A stretch of 64,000 nt of DNA from Macrostomum lignano. Lineage: Eukaryota. Location: contig NIVC01001024.1 in the NCBI GenBank assembly GCA_002269645.1, positions 186,001 through 250,000 on the forward strand, in the 5' to 3' direction. The position numbers and the translations under genes are program-made. The notes below the pieces were generated by a model. That model worked only from the letters and a program-made list of their open reading frames with translations. It did not search any database and was not told the origin of the DNA. Shown piece after piece: positions 33,747-52,560 of the stretch (the stretch's first letter is position 1; the number at the start of each line of letters is the position of its first letter).

Positions 33747-36700
33747 TCAGTCCAACAGTCTCAACAGAGAGCATTCGCTACTCTCGGCTAGCAGCGGGAA
33801 TCGAGCCCAGGACTCTAGGCTAGCAGCCAGAGCTGCCACCCGAGCCTCAGCCATGGCCGGACCAATCACTTGAACAGCCAGCGGCAGGCCGGTGCCCTCC
33901 TCGAGCCCGGTTGGCAGCACAATGGAGGGCAAACCAGCCAAGTTAACACTCTGGGTGCACAGGTCCATGGTAGATGTCCTGTAGCGGTTGTCCGCCTGGA
34001 CAAAGTCTCTATAGGTCGGGGCCGCAGTGATAGCAGCTGGGCAGACCAGCAAGTCCACCGACTGGAACACTCGATCGAAATCCTCTTTGATGAGGCGCCA
34101 AACCTTGCGAGCCTGCTCATAGTAGGCTTTATAATTTCTTCTCAATAGGAAATAGTTGCCAGCAAGGACCCGACTCCGGATTACCGAGTTGAAGCCCGCC
34201 AGTCGGTTGGCGGTGTACAAAGACTCAACAGAATTCTCCGAGTCGCGAACTCGCAGCCCGAACTCGATGCCATCGTACCTGGCCATGTTGGAGGCCACCT
34301 CTGCGCAGCACAGCACTGAGTAAGCTTTGATGGACAGCGGAGTGTGCGGCAGAGACACTGGCAGGCAGGTCAGGCCCAAGTCTGACTCTAGATGGGTGAC
34401 AGCGCTGCTCCACGTGTCCAGGACTGAGGCTGACATGCCGGGAGTGCTGAACTCCTGTGGGATTCGGCTGCTTGCTGATCAGCTGATCCTGAATCTCACC
34501 TCATCAATTACCTGAATCTCACCCTATCAATTATCTGAATCTCACCCCATCAATTACCTGAATCTCACCCCATCAATTACCTGAATCTCACCCCATCAAT
34601 TACCTGAATCTCACCCCATCAATTACCTGAATCTCACCCTATCAATTACCTGAATCTCACCCCATCAATTACCTGAATCTCACCCCATCAATTACCTGAA
34701 TCTCACCCCATCAATTACTTAAATCTCACCCCATCAATTACCTGAATCTCACCCCATCAATTACTTAAATCTCACCCCATCAATTACTTAAATCTCACCC
34801 CATCAATTACTTAAATCTCACCCCATCAACTACCTGAATCTCACCCCATCAATTACCTGAATCTCACCCCATCAATTACCTGAATCTCACCCCATCAATT
34901 ACTTAAATCTCACCCCATCAACTACCTGAATCTCAACCAATCAATTACCTGAATCTGACTATCAACTTTGAATATCACCCCATCAACTACCTGAATCTCA
35001 CCCCATCAATTACCTGAATCTCACCCCATCAATTACCTGAATCTCACCCCATCAATTACCTGAATCTCACCCCATCAATTACCTGAATCTCAACCCATCA
35101 ATTACCTGAATCTCACCCCATCAATTACCTGAATCTCACCCCATCAATTACCTGAATCTCACCCCATCAATTACTTAAATCTCACCCCATCAACTACCTG
35201 AATCTCAACCAATCAATTACCTGAATCTCACCCCATCAATTACTTAAATCTCACCCCATCAACTACCTGAATCTCAACCAATCAATTACCTGAATCTGAC
35301 TATCAACTATCTGAATATCACCCCATCAATTACCTAAATATTACCCCATCAGTTCCCTGAATCTCACCCCATCGATTCTCAGTTCCTGAATCTCACCCCA
35401 TCAATTCTCAGTTCCCTGAATCTCACTTCGAGATTTAAAGATTCTAATTCATAGGGGATGAGATTTGGGATCTAATTCACTAGCCTAAATCCATCGAATC
35501 CCTAAATCCGGCAATCATACCGCGGGCACGCCAATCTTCAGTCCAGCAGCCAGCTCGTCGCTCCATCCGACAGGTTCCGGACGCTCCGGACAGCAGGTGG
35601 AGTCATTCTCGTCCGGTCCCTGCATAGCATTGAGCAGCAGGCAGGCATCAGTCACCGTGTTGGCCATGATGGACACGCAATCTAGCGCGTTCACCAGCGG
35701 CACCAGACCGTGACGGGACACCCGGCCGTAGGTCGGCTTCAGTCCCACAATGCCGCAGAAAGCCGCCGGGATTCGCGAGGAGCCGCCCGTGTCCGAGGCG
35801 AGGGCGCCGACGGCTAAACCGGAGGCCACGGCTGCCGCGCTGCCGCCGCTGCTCCCGCCAGCGATGTAGAAATTGGTGGCCGAGTCGGGAGCCACGGATG
35901 AGCTGCACGGTGACTGCGGATGGGTGATGGTGACTGGCTGAGTGACTGATGATGATTCACTGAGTGACTGATGATTCACTGAGTGACTGATGATTCACTG
36001 AGTGACTGATGGTGATTATTCACTGAGTGACTGATGATGATTCACTGAGTGACTGGTGATTATTCACTGAGTGACTGATGGTGATTTTTCACTGAGTGAC
36101 TGGTGATGATTCACTGAGTGACTGTTGATGATTCACTGAGTGACTGTTGATGATTCACTGAGTGACTGTTGATGATTCACTGAGTGACTGTTGATGATTC
36201 ACTGAGTGACTGTTGATGATTCACTGAGTGACTGATGGTGATTTTTCACTGAGTGACTGGTGATGATTCACTGAGTGACTGGTGATGATTCACTGAGTGA
36301 CTGTTGATGATTCACTGAGTGACTGTTGATGATTCACTGAGTGACGGGTGATGATTCAGTGAGTGACTGTTGATGATTCACTGAGTGACTGATGATGATT
36401 CAGTGAGTGACTGTTGATGATTCACTGAGTGACTGGTGATTATTCACTGAGTGACTGATGGTGATTTTTCACTGAGTGACTGGTGATGATTCACTGAGTG
36501 ACTGGTGATGATTCACTGAGTGACTGTTGATGATTCACTGAGTGACTGTTGATGATTCACTGAGTGACGGGTGATGATTCAGTGAGTGACTGTTGATGAT
36601 TCACTGAGTGACTGATGATGATTCACTGAGTGACTGTTGATGATTCACTGAGTGACTGGTGATTATTCACTGAGTGACTGATGGTGATTTTTCACTGAGT

Positions 36701-38281
36701 GACTGGTGATGATTCACTGAGTGACTGGTGATGATTCACTGAGTGACTGTTGATGATTCACTGAGTGACTGTTGATGATTCACTGAGTGACTGTTGATGA
36801 TTCACTGAGTGACTGGTGATGATTCACTGAGTGACTGTTGATGATTCACTGAGTGACGGGTGATGATTCACTGAGTGACTGTTGATGATTCACTGAGTGA
36901 CTGGTGATGATTCACTGAGTGACTGGTGATGATTCACTGAGTGACTGTTGATGATTCACTGAGTGACTGTTGATGATTCACTGAGTGACGGGTGATGATT
37001 CAGTGAGTGACTGTTGATGATTCACTGAGTGACTGATGATGATTCACTGAGTGACTGTTGATGATTCACTGAGTGACTGGTGATTATTCACTGAGTGACT
37101 GATGGTGATTTTTCACTGAGTGACTGGTGATGATTCACTGAGTGACTGGTGATGATTCACTGAGTGACTGTTGATGATTCACTGAGTGACTGTTGATGAT
37201 TCACTGAGTGACTGGTGATGATTCACTGAGTGACTGTTGATGATTCACTGAGTGACTGTTGATGATTCACTGAGTGACTGGTGATGATTCACTGAGTGAC
37301 TGTTGATGATTCACTGAGTGACTGTTGATGATTCACTGAGTGACTGTTGATGATTCACTGAGTGACTGTTGATGATTCACTGAGTGACGGGTGATGATTC
37401 ACTGAGTGATTGATGATGATTCACTGAGTGACTGGTAATGATTCACGGAGTGACTGTTGATGCTTCACCGAGTGACTGGTGATGATTCACTGAGTGACTG
37501 GTGATGATTCACTGAGTTACTGTTGATGATTCACTGAGTGACTGTTGATGATTCACTGAGTGACTGGTGATGATTCACTGAGTGACTGGTGATGATTCAC
37601 TGAGTGACTGTTGATGATTCACTGAGTGACTGATGATGTTTCACTGAGTGACGGGTGATGATTCACTGAGTGATTGATGATGATTCACTGAGTGACTGGT
37701 AATGATTCACGGAGTGACTGTTGATGCTTCACCGAGTGACTGGTGATGTTTCACTGAGTGACTGGTGATAATTCGCTGAGTGACTGATGATGTTTCACTG
37801 AGTGCCTCACCGATCTCCACGGATTCCTCACAGGCCCGTGCAGACCATCAGAGCAGCCAGACCCCATCCCGAACGGATCCAAGTTAGTCTTGCCCAGAAG
37901 CCAAGCTCCTTCATCCAGCAGCCTTATAATTGAGGTGGCAGTGTAACTGGGCAGAAAATTCTCCGCTAAAGTTGGCGAGCCGCAGGTGGCTGAGCCAGCC
38001 AGACCAGGTGTATCGCATCCCGCAGTGCAAAAATTGTCTTTCACAGCAATTGGCAAGCCAAACAGAGGGGAGCCCTGGCCTCGGTTAGCAACAGGAGGCT
38101 GATGCTGAGGCTCAGCCAAGCTCACAAAAGCATTGAGACTGGAACCCACACTTCTGCGACACGCCGCTACAGCCGAGGAGCGCAACAGATCAGGCGTGAT
38201 TGCGCCAGAACTGATCGCCTGCGCAAGACGATTAATTATGGATCTGCCACCGCCATGGCTCAGTCCTACTGGAGTTGCCAT
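33747..38281 (-). CDS. QRSL1: Glutamyl-tRNA(Gln) amidotransferase subunit A, mitochondrial (GatA), 523 aa, 3 exons
   Basis: Exons 38281-37811, 35913-35521 and 34454-33747, all phase 0 GT-AG. Amidase signature AVKDN, GKTNLD, GGSSGGS, SDTGGS(S)R; GatA motifs [12 protein letters not shown] and LAGNYFL. Confidence 0.93.
34490..35425. repeat. 23-bp minisatellite filling GatA intron 2
   Basis: Unit AATCTCACCCCATCAATTACCTG. Confidence 0.95.
35930..37800. repeat. 22-bp minisatellite filling GatA intron 1
   Basis: Unit ACTGAGTGACTGTTGATGATTC. Confidence 0.95.
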
Positions 38282-38344
38282 GCGACTTTATAGCTGGGAC
38301 TCGAAGCTGGATTTAGATTTTTGGATTTTGGAAATCTTCAGTGG

Positions 38345-39525
38345 TAAATGCCAAACCTCTGAGTGACCTCTCAGATACTCCAATGACTGCTGCTAGACCC
38401 CTGAGTGACCTCTCAGATACTCCAGTGGTAAATGCTAGACCCCAGAGTGACCTCTCAGATACTCCAGTGGTAAATGCTAGACCCCCGAGTGACCTCTCAG
38501 ATACTCCAGTTGCTGCTGCTAGACCCCTGAGTGACCTCTCAGATACTCTAATGGTAAATGCTAACCCCTGAGTGACCTCTCAGATACTCCAGTGGTAAAT
38601 GCTAGACCCCAGAGTGACCTCTCAGATACTCCAGTGGTAAATGCTAGACCCCCGAGTGACCTCTCAGATACTCCAGTTGCTGCTGCTAGACCCCTGAGTG
38701 ACCTCTCAGATACTCCAGTGGTAAATGCTAGACCCCAGAGTCACCTCTTAGATACTCTAATGGTAAATGCTAACCTATGAGTGACCTCTCAGATACTCTA
38801 ATGGTAAATGCTAAACCCATGAGTCACCTCTCAGATACACCAGTGGTAAATGCCAAACCTCTGAGTGACCTCTCAGATACTCCAGTTGCTGCTGCTAGAC
38901 CCCTGAGTGACCTCTCAGATACTCCAGTTGCTGCTGCTAGACCCCTGAGTAACCTCTTAGATACTCTAATGGTAAATGCTAACCCATGAGTGACCTCTCA
39001 GATACTCTAATGGTAAATGCTAAACCCATGAGTCACCTCTCAGATACTCCAGTGGTAAATGCCAAAACCCTGAGTGACCTCTCAGATACTCCAGTTGCTG
39101 CTGCTAGACCCCTGAGTGACCTCTCAGATACTCCAGTGGTAAATGCTAGACCCCAGAGTCACCTCTTAGATACTCTAATGGTAAATGCTAACCCATGAGT
39201 GACCTCTCAGATACTCCAATGACTGCTGCTAGACCCCTGAGTGACCTCTCAGATACTCCAATGACTGCTGCTAGACCCCTAAGTGACCTCTCAGATACTC
39301 CAGTGACTGCTGCTAGACCCCTGAGTGACCTCTCAGATACTCCAGTGACTGTTGCTAGACCCCTGAGTGACCTCTCAGATACTCTAATGGTAAATGCTAA
39401 ACCCATGAGTGACCTCCCAGATACTCCAGTGACTGTTGCTAGACCCCTGAGTGACCTCTCAGATACTCTAATGGTAAATGCTAAACCCATGAGTGACCTC
39501 TCAGATACTCCAGTGACTGCTGCTG
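38345..39525. repeat. 42-bp minisatellite directly upstream of GatA
   Basis: Unit CTGAGTGACCTCTCAGATACTCCAGTGGTAAATGCTAGACCC. Confidence 0.95.
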
Positions 39526-40079
39526 GACTCTCAGGAAGCCTTAAAATTAGAAAATATTGAAATCAACCAGATTAACAACACGAAAAACAAACTGAAGAAA
39601 AATTCTGCATTTTTAGGTATATTCAGGAACTGTTTTCACGCGCAGCACATTATGTTTAATAACTAATAAGGTCAATAATATTCGCTAACAATATGTACAA
39701 GTACAATAATATAGAATTCGTACTTTGCGCAATAATTTTAGTGTAGAAATAGAAAGAACAAAAAGCAAAAAATACAAAACTGTAGAGAAAGAGAAATTAA
39801 TAATCAGATTCAGCCTACTTATCAGTAGCAACAAAGGGTTAAATAAGAAATTTATATTAACAAAAATTCAGCCAATACTTTCTTCCATAGGAATTTATTA
39901 TATAACTGCATTTTTACAACAACAAAAATAGCAAAAAGTGATAGAGTTGAGTTGTGCTGCGCGTGTAAATATTCAACTGCGGGCGAAGGTATGATTAAAC
40001 ACAAAGCAGACGTTAAAAGTACATTTTGCTAATATGTACTTATCGTAGATTTTAGCTTGATCGTAAGAGGCGTGACGAC

Positions 40080-40905
40080 ATACCTAATGCCAATAGACAC
40101 AGATCTAATGCCAATGTCCACGGATCTAATACCAATGTCCAGAGTTATCTAATTCCAATGGACACAGATATCTAATGCCAATGTTCACGGATCTAATGAC
40201 AATGTCCACAGATATCTAATGCCAATGTCCACAGATATCCAATTCCAATGGACACAGATATCTAATGCCAATGTTCACGGATCTAATGCAAATGGACACG
40301 GATCTAATTCCAATGGACACAGATATCAAATGACAATGTTCACGAATCTAATGCCAATGGACACGGATCTAATGACAATGTTCACGAGTCTAATGCCAAT
40401 GGACACAGATCTAATGCCAATGGACACGGATCTAATGCCAATGGACACAGATCTAATGCCAATGGACACGGATCTAATGCCAATGTCCACGGATCTAATA
40501 CCAATTGACACATATCTAATTCCAATGGGCACAGATCTAATACCAATGTTCACGGATCTAATGCCAATAGACACAGATCTAATGCCAATGGACACGGATC
40601 TAATGCCAATGGACACGGATCTAATGCCAATGGACACGGATCTAATGCCAATGTCCACGGATCTAATACCAATTGACACATATCTAATTCCAATGGGCAC
40701 AGATCTAATACCAATGTTCACGGATCTAATGCCAATTGACACATATCTAATGCCAATTGACACATATCTAATGCCAATTGACACATATGTAATGCCAATG
40801 GACACGGATCTAATGCCAATTGACACATATCTAATGCCAATGGACACAGATATCTAATGCCAATGTCCACAGATATCTAAGGCCAATTTACACGGCTCTA
40901 ATTCC
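40080..40905. repeat. 21-bp minisatellite (ATCTAATGCCAATGGACACGG)
   Basis: Tandem units. Confidence 0.95.
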
Positions 40906-41269
40906 AATGGCCGCAAATCTACTAACCCATACAGAAAAGAATTTATCCCAAAAAGCAATGACTACAAGAAAATAATGGTTTAGTAATGAGAAAAATCAAG
41001 ATTTTTGTCAGAATTTTTTAAACAGGCAAGATTACAAAGACCAGCATTTAAACAGAATGGTAAACACATACAAAAAGCATATTCTGAATTCTGTTGAAGT
41101 AGCTATAATTAATTATACACATTTTATTTACCATTAAAGTTAAGCCATATAATTTATGACTACAGTATTACAGATAATTATACTAATTAAATTCATCAAA
41201 ACAATCGCCAACACTGAAAAGTGCACGCATTGATACTCGTAATTCAACTCAGTTAACCAGTTCAATATG

Positions 41270-45915
<4,646 letters not shown>

Positions 45916-47129
45916 CTTAGGCCTATTCTTTTGTGAAATAAAGCACAGGTTACACAAGTGAATAAGCTGCTAATTTACAATTTATTCAACAAATGAAACA
46001 ATCAACCTAATGCATGGCTACGACAGTTATCAAGTATATTCATAGAACAGTGTCGTAAGTTTAAAATTCGCAGTGTTTTTTTACGCTTTTTTTATTTGCC
46101 ATTGTTTTATTCACGGGTCCGAGGAGTCGATCTCAATTAAGTGTAGTTTGTTGCAGTATAACAAATCTTAGCAGTTTTATAAGAATACTAAAATGACCTA
46201 CGACTTTTGAAGATTATATTTGCTGGTTAAAGAAGTTTTTCATAAATAAAAAAATAAAGCGCTTATTAGCTTCAATATGTAAAATTAAAGTTATCGCGCT
46301 GTAAAATTATTAAGAACAAAGAAAGAACAAAAAAAGAACATTTGAAAGAACAAAGGTTCTGACTCATACTGGAAAAATTGACTTCAATTGCTTTCTCCGG
46401 GACTTTTTATGCTTCGATCCCCACCCAGATGTACATGTAGCGCCTAAATAGAGATTGGGTATCACTCAGATCTGCAGACGAAAACACCCCGTACAGAAAT
46501 CCGACCGCTAGCCGACTTTCTCGACATCTATACAAATTGACGAAAAATGTGCTTTTACATTACATTTGATGATCGATCAATACCGACGCGATGTCATACG
46601 TCGGCTGTAGGTTGTGTGTAATTTAAAAGTACATATTTTTCATAGACGCGGTCGGGGAACGTCTACCAGCGCGGTACGAGATCGCAATTATGCATCCATC
46701 GACCTGCATTGTCCGTGGCAATGTATCGCGGTTTCGAACTTGTCTAGAATAAGGGATCGAGGCTGCTGGATCCACAAAAGATCCACAATAGACCAGCTCC
46801 GAATCGAGGAAGCTAAGTCAACTGCAATTTTGCATGTACAGATCAGACTAAAATTCAAGTGGAAGTGCAGGAAAATAATTTCGTTATACTGACATTGTAC
46901 TGATAACTGCAGATATTTTAATGCGGTAAAAAACTGCACGCTTATTTACTTGATCCACTAAACAGCTGTCAGCTTAATGCAGCTGCACGCACAACGATGA
47001 GATAAAAATGTTCCTCTTAGTTGTATAGAACGGATATTTAAGCAGAAAACTTGTCAAAGAAAATGTGCTGACGTCGGTTAGTTGCTGTCACACTGACTCT
47101 TAGCATCTCGCTCGTATGACAGGCGCCGC

Positions 47130-47505
47130 AAATTTTGATTTTGGCGCCGCAGATTTTGATTTTAGCGCCGCAGACAGGCACTCATTTTGGCGGCGCAGGC
47201 ACTCATTTTGGCGCTGCAGACAGGCACTCATTTTGGCGCCGCAGACAGGCACTCATTTTGGCGCAGACAGGCACTCATTTTGGCGCCGCAGACAGGCACT
47301 CATTTTGGCGCCGCAGACAGGCACACATTTTGGCGCCGCAGACAGGCACTCATTTTTGCGCCGCAGGCAGACAGGCACTCATTTTGGCGCCGCAGGCACT
47401 CATTTTGGCGCCGCAGACAGGCACTCATTTTGGCGCCGCAGACAGGCACTCATTTTGGCGCCGCAGACAGGCACTCATTTTGGCGCCGCAGACAGGCACT
47501 CATTT
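47130..47505. repeat. ~25-bp minisatellite (CAGGCACTCATTTTGGCGCCGCAGA)
   Basis: Tandem units, related to 19762-20245. Confidence 0.95.
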
Positions 47506-48752
47506 TCTTGCAGTGCAAACAAAGCAAGAAATCACGGCAGAAACTCGTGCATTGGTATCTATTGTTAGCCACTGACGTCAATGACTTGCCTTTAAGGGCA
47601 AGGCAAGGGTGCGTGAGCTCTGCGATAAACAAGGGCCAAAGTGGGCAGTAAACATGTTTACTGCACTTTGGTCTGCAGGAAAAGAAGACTTCTCATGTGA
47701 CTAGATCACATGACAATGAAAACAGCGGGCGCCACTAGCGAAACCACATGCAGCGACCGCGGTGGACAAAGAGTGAACTAAGAGCAGGCTGCAGACAAGC
47801 AGATTGAGACACCTAACAGGTTAATCTAATGGCTCACTTAAGTCTCTCAGTTTAAATAACGTCGCATGAACGTATAGGGTGGAGCTTCCTTCATTTTAAA
47901 ACGAGCAGTCAAAAAGTGTCGGTGATGTCTAGGCGAGACCCAATAATTGCCGCCTGCACCCTACTGAAGATTCCGGGGCGTCAGTCGGGGGTGCCTGAAG
48001 AGGCGCTTGAATTAATACGGGTTGCCTGTATAAACAGTGGGCAGAGCCCGTAGGTAGGGATAAAATGATGCGGGTCCCATCCGTGATATCAGCTCGGCGG
48101 GAAAGCCCGCCATTAAAACGCGTCGTGAAAATTTTCCGTCACATATAGAAGCGAAAGGCCTACTAGACTATAACGAATTGTTCCTAGCGGTCCTTGATAG
48201 TCCTTGCTTCTTTTATGCTTTACATGACGCTTCTTTTATGCTTCACATGACGCTTCTTTTATGCTTTACATGACGCTTCTTTTATGCTTCACATGACGCT
48301 TCTTTTATGCTTTACATGACGCTTCTTTTATGTACTTTTTGGCCTGGTTTTGCTTCGGCACATGTTTTTTAACGTTCACGACAGCTGTAGCTGTACTTTT
48401 TGCTCTTAAACTCTTGCTGAATTGATTAATTCTTTGAATTAGATATCTTCGTATGGAAAAGCTCCAGACCTAAAAATGTGACTAAATAGCATGGCGCCAG
48501 TTTGAAGAAGATTTCTAATTATCAGTATATCGCTATCGCACAGAGTTAGCTTTAAACAGGAACTGACTGTCGCAAGCCAGCTTGACGCAGTACGCGCAGC
48601 TGCATCTGTCTAGAAAATTAAAGATAAATAACACGTGTTGAACACCTGCGCAACGGTAAGGCAAAAGGGGCTCACCTCATCCCTCAGCGGTAGACTACAG
48701 TCGCAAATGGACATGATTATCGATCACACTAATTAAAATACAGCACAATTAA

Positions 48753-48914
<162 letters not shown>

Positions 48915-49204
48915 TCAAAACGAAAGAGAAGATACGCAACAGGAATGGGAGGAAAGAAAAGGAGGGATCTTCATTAAAAGAAAATTTGAAAGAAAAGGAA
49001 GAAATTTTGAAGCAATGACGTTGCATAATTTGAAGTTACGTGATATGATGATAATATGTCCCGATGTTAAACGATGCCATTTAATTTTATGCAATTTTAA
49101 TCTATTCTCTGAATCTCCAAGCTTTAGCCTACTTCTCTTGCGCTTCTCTTTATCAGAACCTTTCTGGCGTTGGAAATTCCTACTATAGCTACAGAGCAAA
49201 ATTC

Positions 49205-50285
49205 AAGAGAGAATCACACCTCAGAGAGAATCACACCGCAGAGAGAATCACACCTCAGGGAGAATCACACCTCCGAAAGAATCACACCTCAGAGAGAATC
49301 ACACCGCAGAGAGAATCGCACCTCAGAGAGAATCGCACCTCAGAGAGAATCACACCGCAGAGAGAATCGCACCTCAGAGAGAATCACACCTCAGAGAGAA
49401 TCACACCTCAGAGAGAATCACACCTCAGAGAGAATCACACCTCAGAGAAAATCACACCTCAGAGAGAATCACACCGCAGAGAGAATCGCACCTCAAAGAG
49501 AATCACACCTCAGATAGAATCACACCTCAGGGAGAATCACACCGCAGAGAGAATCACACATCAAAGAGAATCACACCTCAGAGAGAATCACACCGCAGAG
49601 AGAATCGCACCTCAGGGAGAATCACACCTCAGAGAGAATCACACCTCAGAGAGAATCACACCTCAGAGAGAATCACACCTCAGAGAGAATCGCACCTCAG
49701 ATAGAATCACACCTCAGAGAGAATCACACCTCAGAGAGAATCGCACCTCAGAGAGAATCACACCTCAGAGAGAATCGCACCTCAGAGAGAATCACACCTC
49801 AGGGAGAATCACACCTCAGAGAGAATCACACCTCAGAGAGAATCACACCTCAGGGAGAATCACACCTCAGAGAGAATCACACCTCAGAGAGAATCACACC
49901 TCAGAGAGAATCACACCTCAGAGAGAATCGCACCTCAGAGAGAATCACACCTCAGAGAGAATCACACCTCAGAGAGAATCACACCTCAGAGAGAATCGCA
50001 CCTCAGAGAGAATCACACCTCAGGGAGAATCACACCTCAGAGAGAATCACACCTCAGAGAGAATCGCACCTCAGAGAGAATCACACCTCAGAGAGAATCG
50101 CACCTCAGAGAGAATCACACCTGAGAGAGAATCGCACCTCAGATAGAATCACACCTCAGAGAGAATCGCACCTCAGAGAGAATCACACCTCAGAGAGAAT
50201 CACACCTCAGAGAGAATCACACCTCAGAGAGAATCACACCTCAGAGAGAATCACACCTCAGAGAGAATCACACTTCAGAGAGAAT
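49205..50285. repeat. 17-bp minisatellite (CAGAGAGAATCACACCT)
   Basis: Tandem units. Confidence 0.95.
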
Positions 50286-50389
50286 CAATAAGTGATAATT
50301 ACGCTTTTCTAGCGGAATTATGCCTTACATCATGAGTGCAAAGCGAAATCGCGCAAGCACTGCAGAGGACGCCCGAGTGTTGGCTTGGA

Positions 50390-50615
50390 GATTCGAGCCA
50401 ATCAGAGACAGCCGGTCGCACAAATCCTATTTAAATCGAATACACCTATCCTAAATCAGCCGGCATTAGTCTTATGATTCTCTGACCCCAAGCAGCGAGA
50501 TACTGAGCATTTAGTGAACTCGTTTAAATCTAGTCAAATCGATTTCGTAAAAAATTCTGTTGTAGGCGGCAATCTAATAAAATAAGAGTCAATTCAACAG
50601 ATCGAGGTAAGTATA
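50390..50615 (+). promoter_or_regulatory. Putative Pol II promoter and non-coding first exon, possibly of the GPCR gene
   Basis: CCAAT near 50398, TATTTAAA near 50429, strong donor GAG|GTAAGT near 50607; the GPCR ATG is preceded by a long polypyrimidine acceptor at ~55723. Confidence 0.4.
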
Positions 50616-51126
50616 CTCGATTGATTAATATGTTCAAAAGTGTCAATACCTATGGTAATTCTATAGACATATCTATGATAAAGCTATAGAGATATCTATG
50701 GTAAAGCTATAGACATCTATGGTAAAGCTATAGACATCTATGGTAAAGCTATAGACATCTATAGTAAAGCTATAGAAATCTATAGTAATGCTATAGACAT
50801 CCATGGTAAAGCTATAGACATCCATGGTAAAGCTATAGACATCTATGGTAAAGCTATAGACAAAGCAGCGCTACCAAAGAAAGTCAGTGTGTGTGTTCCT
50901 TTCATAATCTGGAAAGTCCACATTTTTATCGACAGCTTTTTCATATAATCATTTCCTTCACGGATGTGTGTAGCATTAAAGCAGTCAATATAAGCATACG
51001 AGCTAAATAGTAAAAAAGTTATAAAAATAAAAAAAAAATTAGAAACTTAACCCTTGCGATCTGTTTCCCATAAAAGCTGTTGCTATTTTCTGCCTGCTGT
51101 ATTTTTCGAGCAAACCCACCCCAAAT

Positions 51127-51420
51127 TAATAAATTATAATTAATTACACCTGTCCTAATGGCCAGATGTGCAACCGACAGCTCAGCCGCAGCTATTGCGC
51201 GGCGCATCTGAAGGCTGCGTACGGCTGTTGTTCAGTCCAAGGACTGGGGTGGGCAGAATTTCCGTCAGAGATGGTGTGGGACGATGTCGCTGAAGGCGTT
51301 GCGTCAGGGTGCCCCCAGCCTCCCACAATAAGGCTTTAACCATGCATGTCCCAACACTTGCATAGAGACACAAAATCAAGTGCTCAATTTCTACCTCGGC
51401 ATAAAAAATCTTCAGAATTC
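51127..51420 (-). mobile_element. 5'-truncated LINE-like 3' end
   Basis: Reading frame EIEHLILC resembles the C-terminal Zn-knuckle of non-LTR ORF2; the last ~120 nt are near-identical to the 3' tail of the SINE at 58616-58921; AT-rich tail. Confidence 0.5.
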
Positions 51421-52114
51421 TTTGTAATCATTGTAGACATTTTAATAACTTGCCTGTCAAGCTTTGCGTGACTTTCAGTCAAACTAATTAAGTCAGCGAA
51501 TCTGTTGCTGCATTCATTAATCAAATTAATAATTTAGCATAGAGCTGCACTCGGGCATAGACAAAAAAGATTCTGGTTGCATTCTGAGACAACTCCCTCT
51601 CTCTATCTCTCTCACTCTCTCTCTCTCTCTCTCTCCCTCTCTCTCCCTCTCTCTGTCTCTCTCTCCCTCTGTCTCCCCCTCTCTCTCTTTCTCTGTGGAC
51701 ACCTCTGTCTCTTGTGTGGACAGTAATTTCCTTTGAAAGTTATTAATTCAACTGAAATATTCGATCATCAACGCACTAAAAGCCACTAAGTTGAAATGAT
51801 CGAAGGTCGAATGACACTCAGTGGCACCGGAAAGACTCGAAATTTTCACGATGCTTCTCTGTCATCGAGAGATGTCATCTTAATAAATTATATTTCATTC
51901 TGTCAGCCAGCTCTCATTAGTCAAAGCAACGCAGTACTGAAGATAATGATTGCCTTTATCACCACAAACCTTAATAGCCATGCAAAACTTTATGAGATTA
52001 CTAATGCAGCATTGTAACGATATCGATCGTCTTTTTATCTACATGTAACCAAATCTTCTGAAAAAAGGTCTAGAAAAAATATGCGCTGAGAAAGAAAGAG
52101 TGAAAAATGACATC

Positions 52115-52560
52115 ACATCAACACATTTTGCAAAACATCACATCGAATCTCAGCACATGGCATCACATCACGGTGCATCACAGCACATCAAATCACATCA
52201 AATTACGACGCATCACATCGCATCACATCGCATCACATCGCATCGCATCGCACCACATCGCATCACATACATCACATCACATCACATCACATCACACCAA
52301 ATCGCATCACATCGCACCACAAAGCATCACATCACATCACATCGCATCGCATCGCACCACATCGCATCACATACATCACATCACATCACATCACATCACA
52401 TCACATCACATCACATCGCATCACATCACATCGCATCACATACATCACATCACATCACATCACATCACATCACATCAAATCGCATCACATCGCACCACAA
52501 AGCATCACATCACATCACATTACATCACATCGCATCACATGGCATCATATCACATCACAT
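52115..52560. repeat. (CACAT)n-type pentanucleotide satellite
   Basis: Degenerate 5-bp repeats. Confidence 0.95.

Noticed and set aside
33747-38281. GatA as a bacterial contaminant or horizontal transfer
   Set aside because: It has GT-AG introns and fits the nuclear-encoded mitochondrial QRSL1 found widely in animals.
39637-39965. 13-bp inverted repeats CACGCGCAGCACA / TGTGCTGCGCGTG suggesting a CAC...GTG MITE
   Set aside because: No TSD could be identified; probably an old MITE but not supportable as a call.
47870-48140. GC-richer island with a GGCGGG-AAAG-CCCGCC hairpin and CTGAAGA motifs, considered as an ncRNA or hammerhead ribozyme
   Set aside because: No complete hammerhead core or match to a structured RNA I can recognise; an Infernal/Rfam search would be needed.
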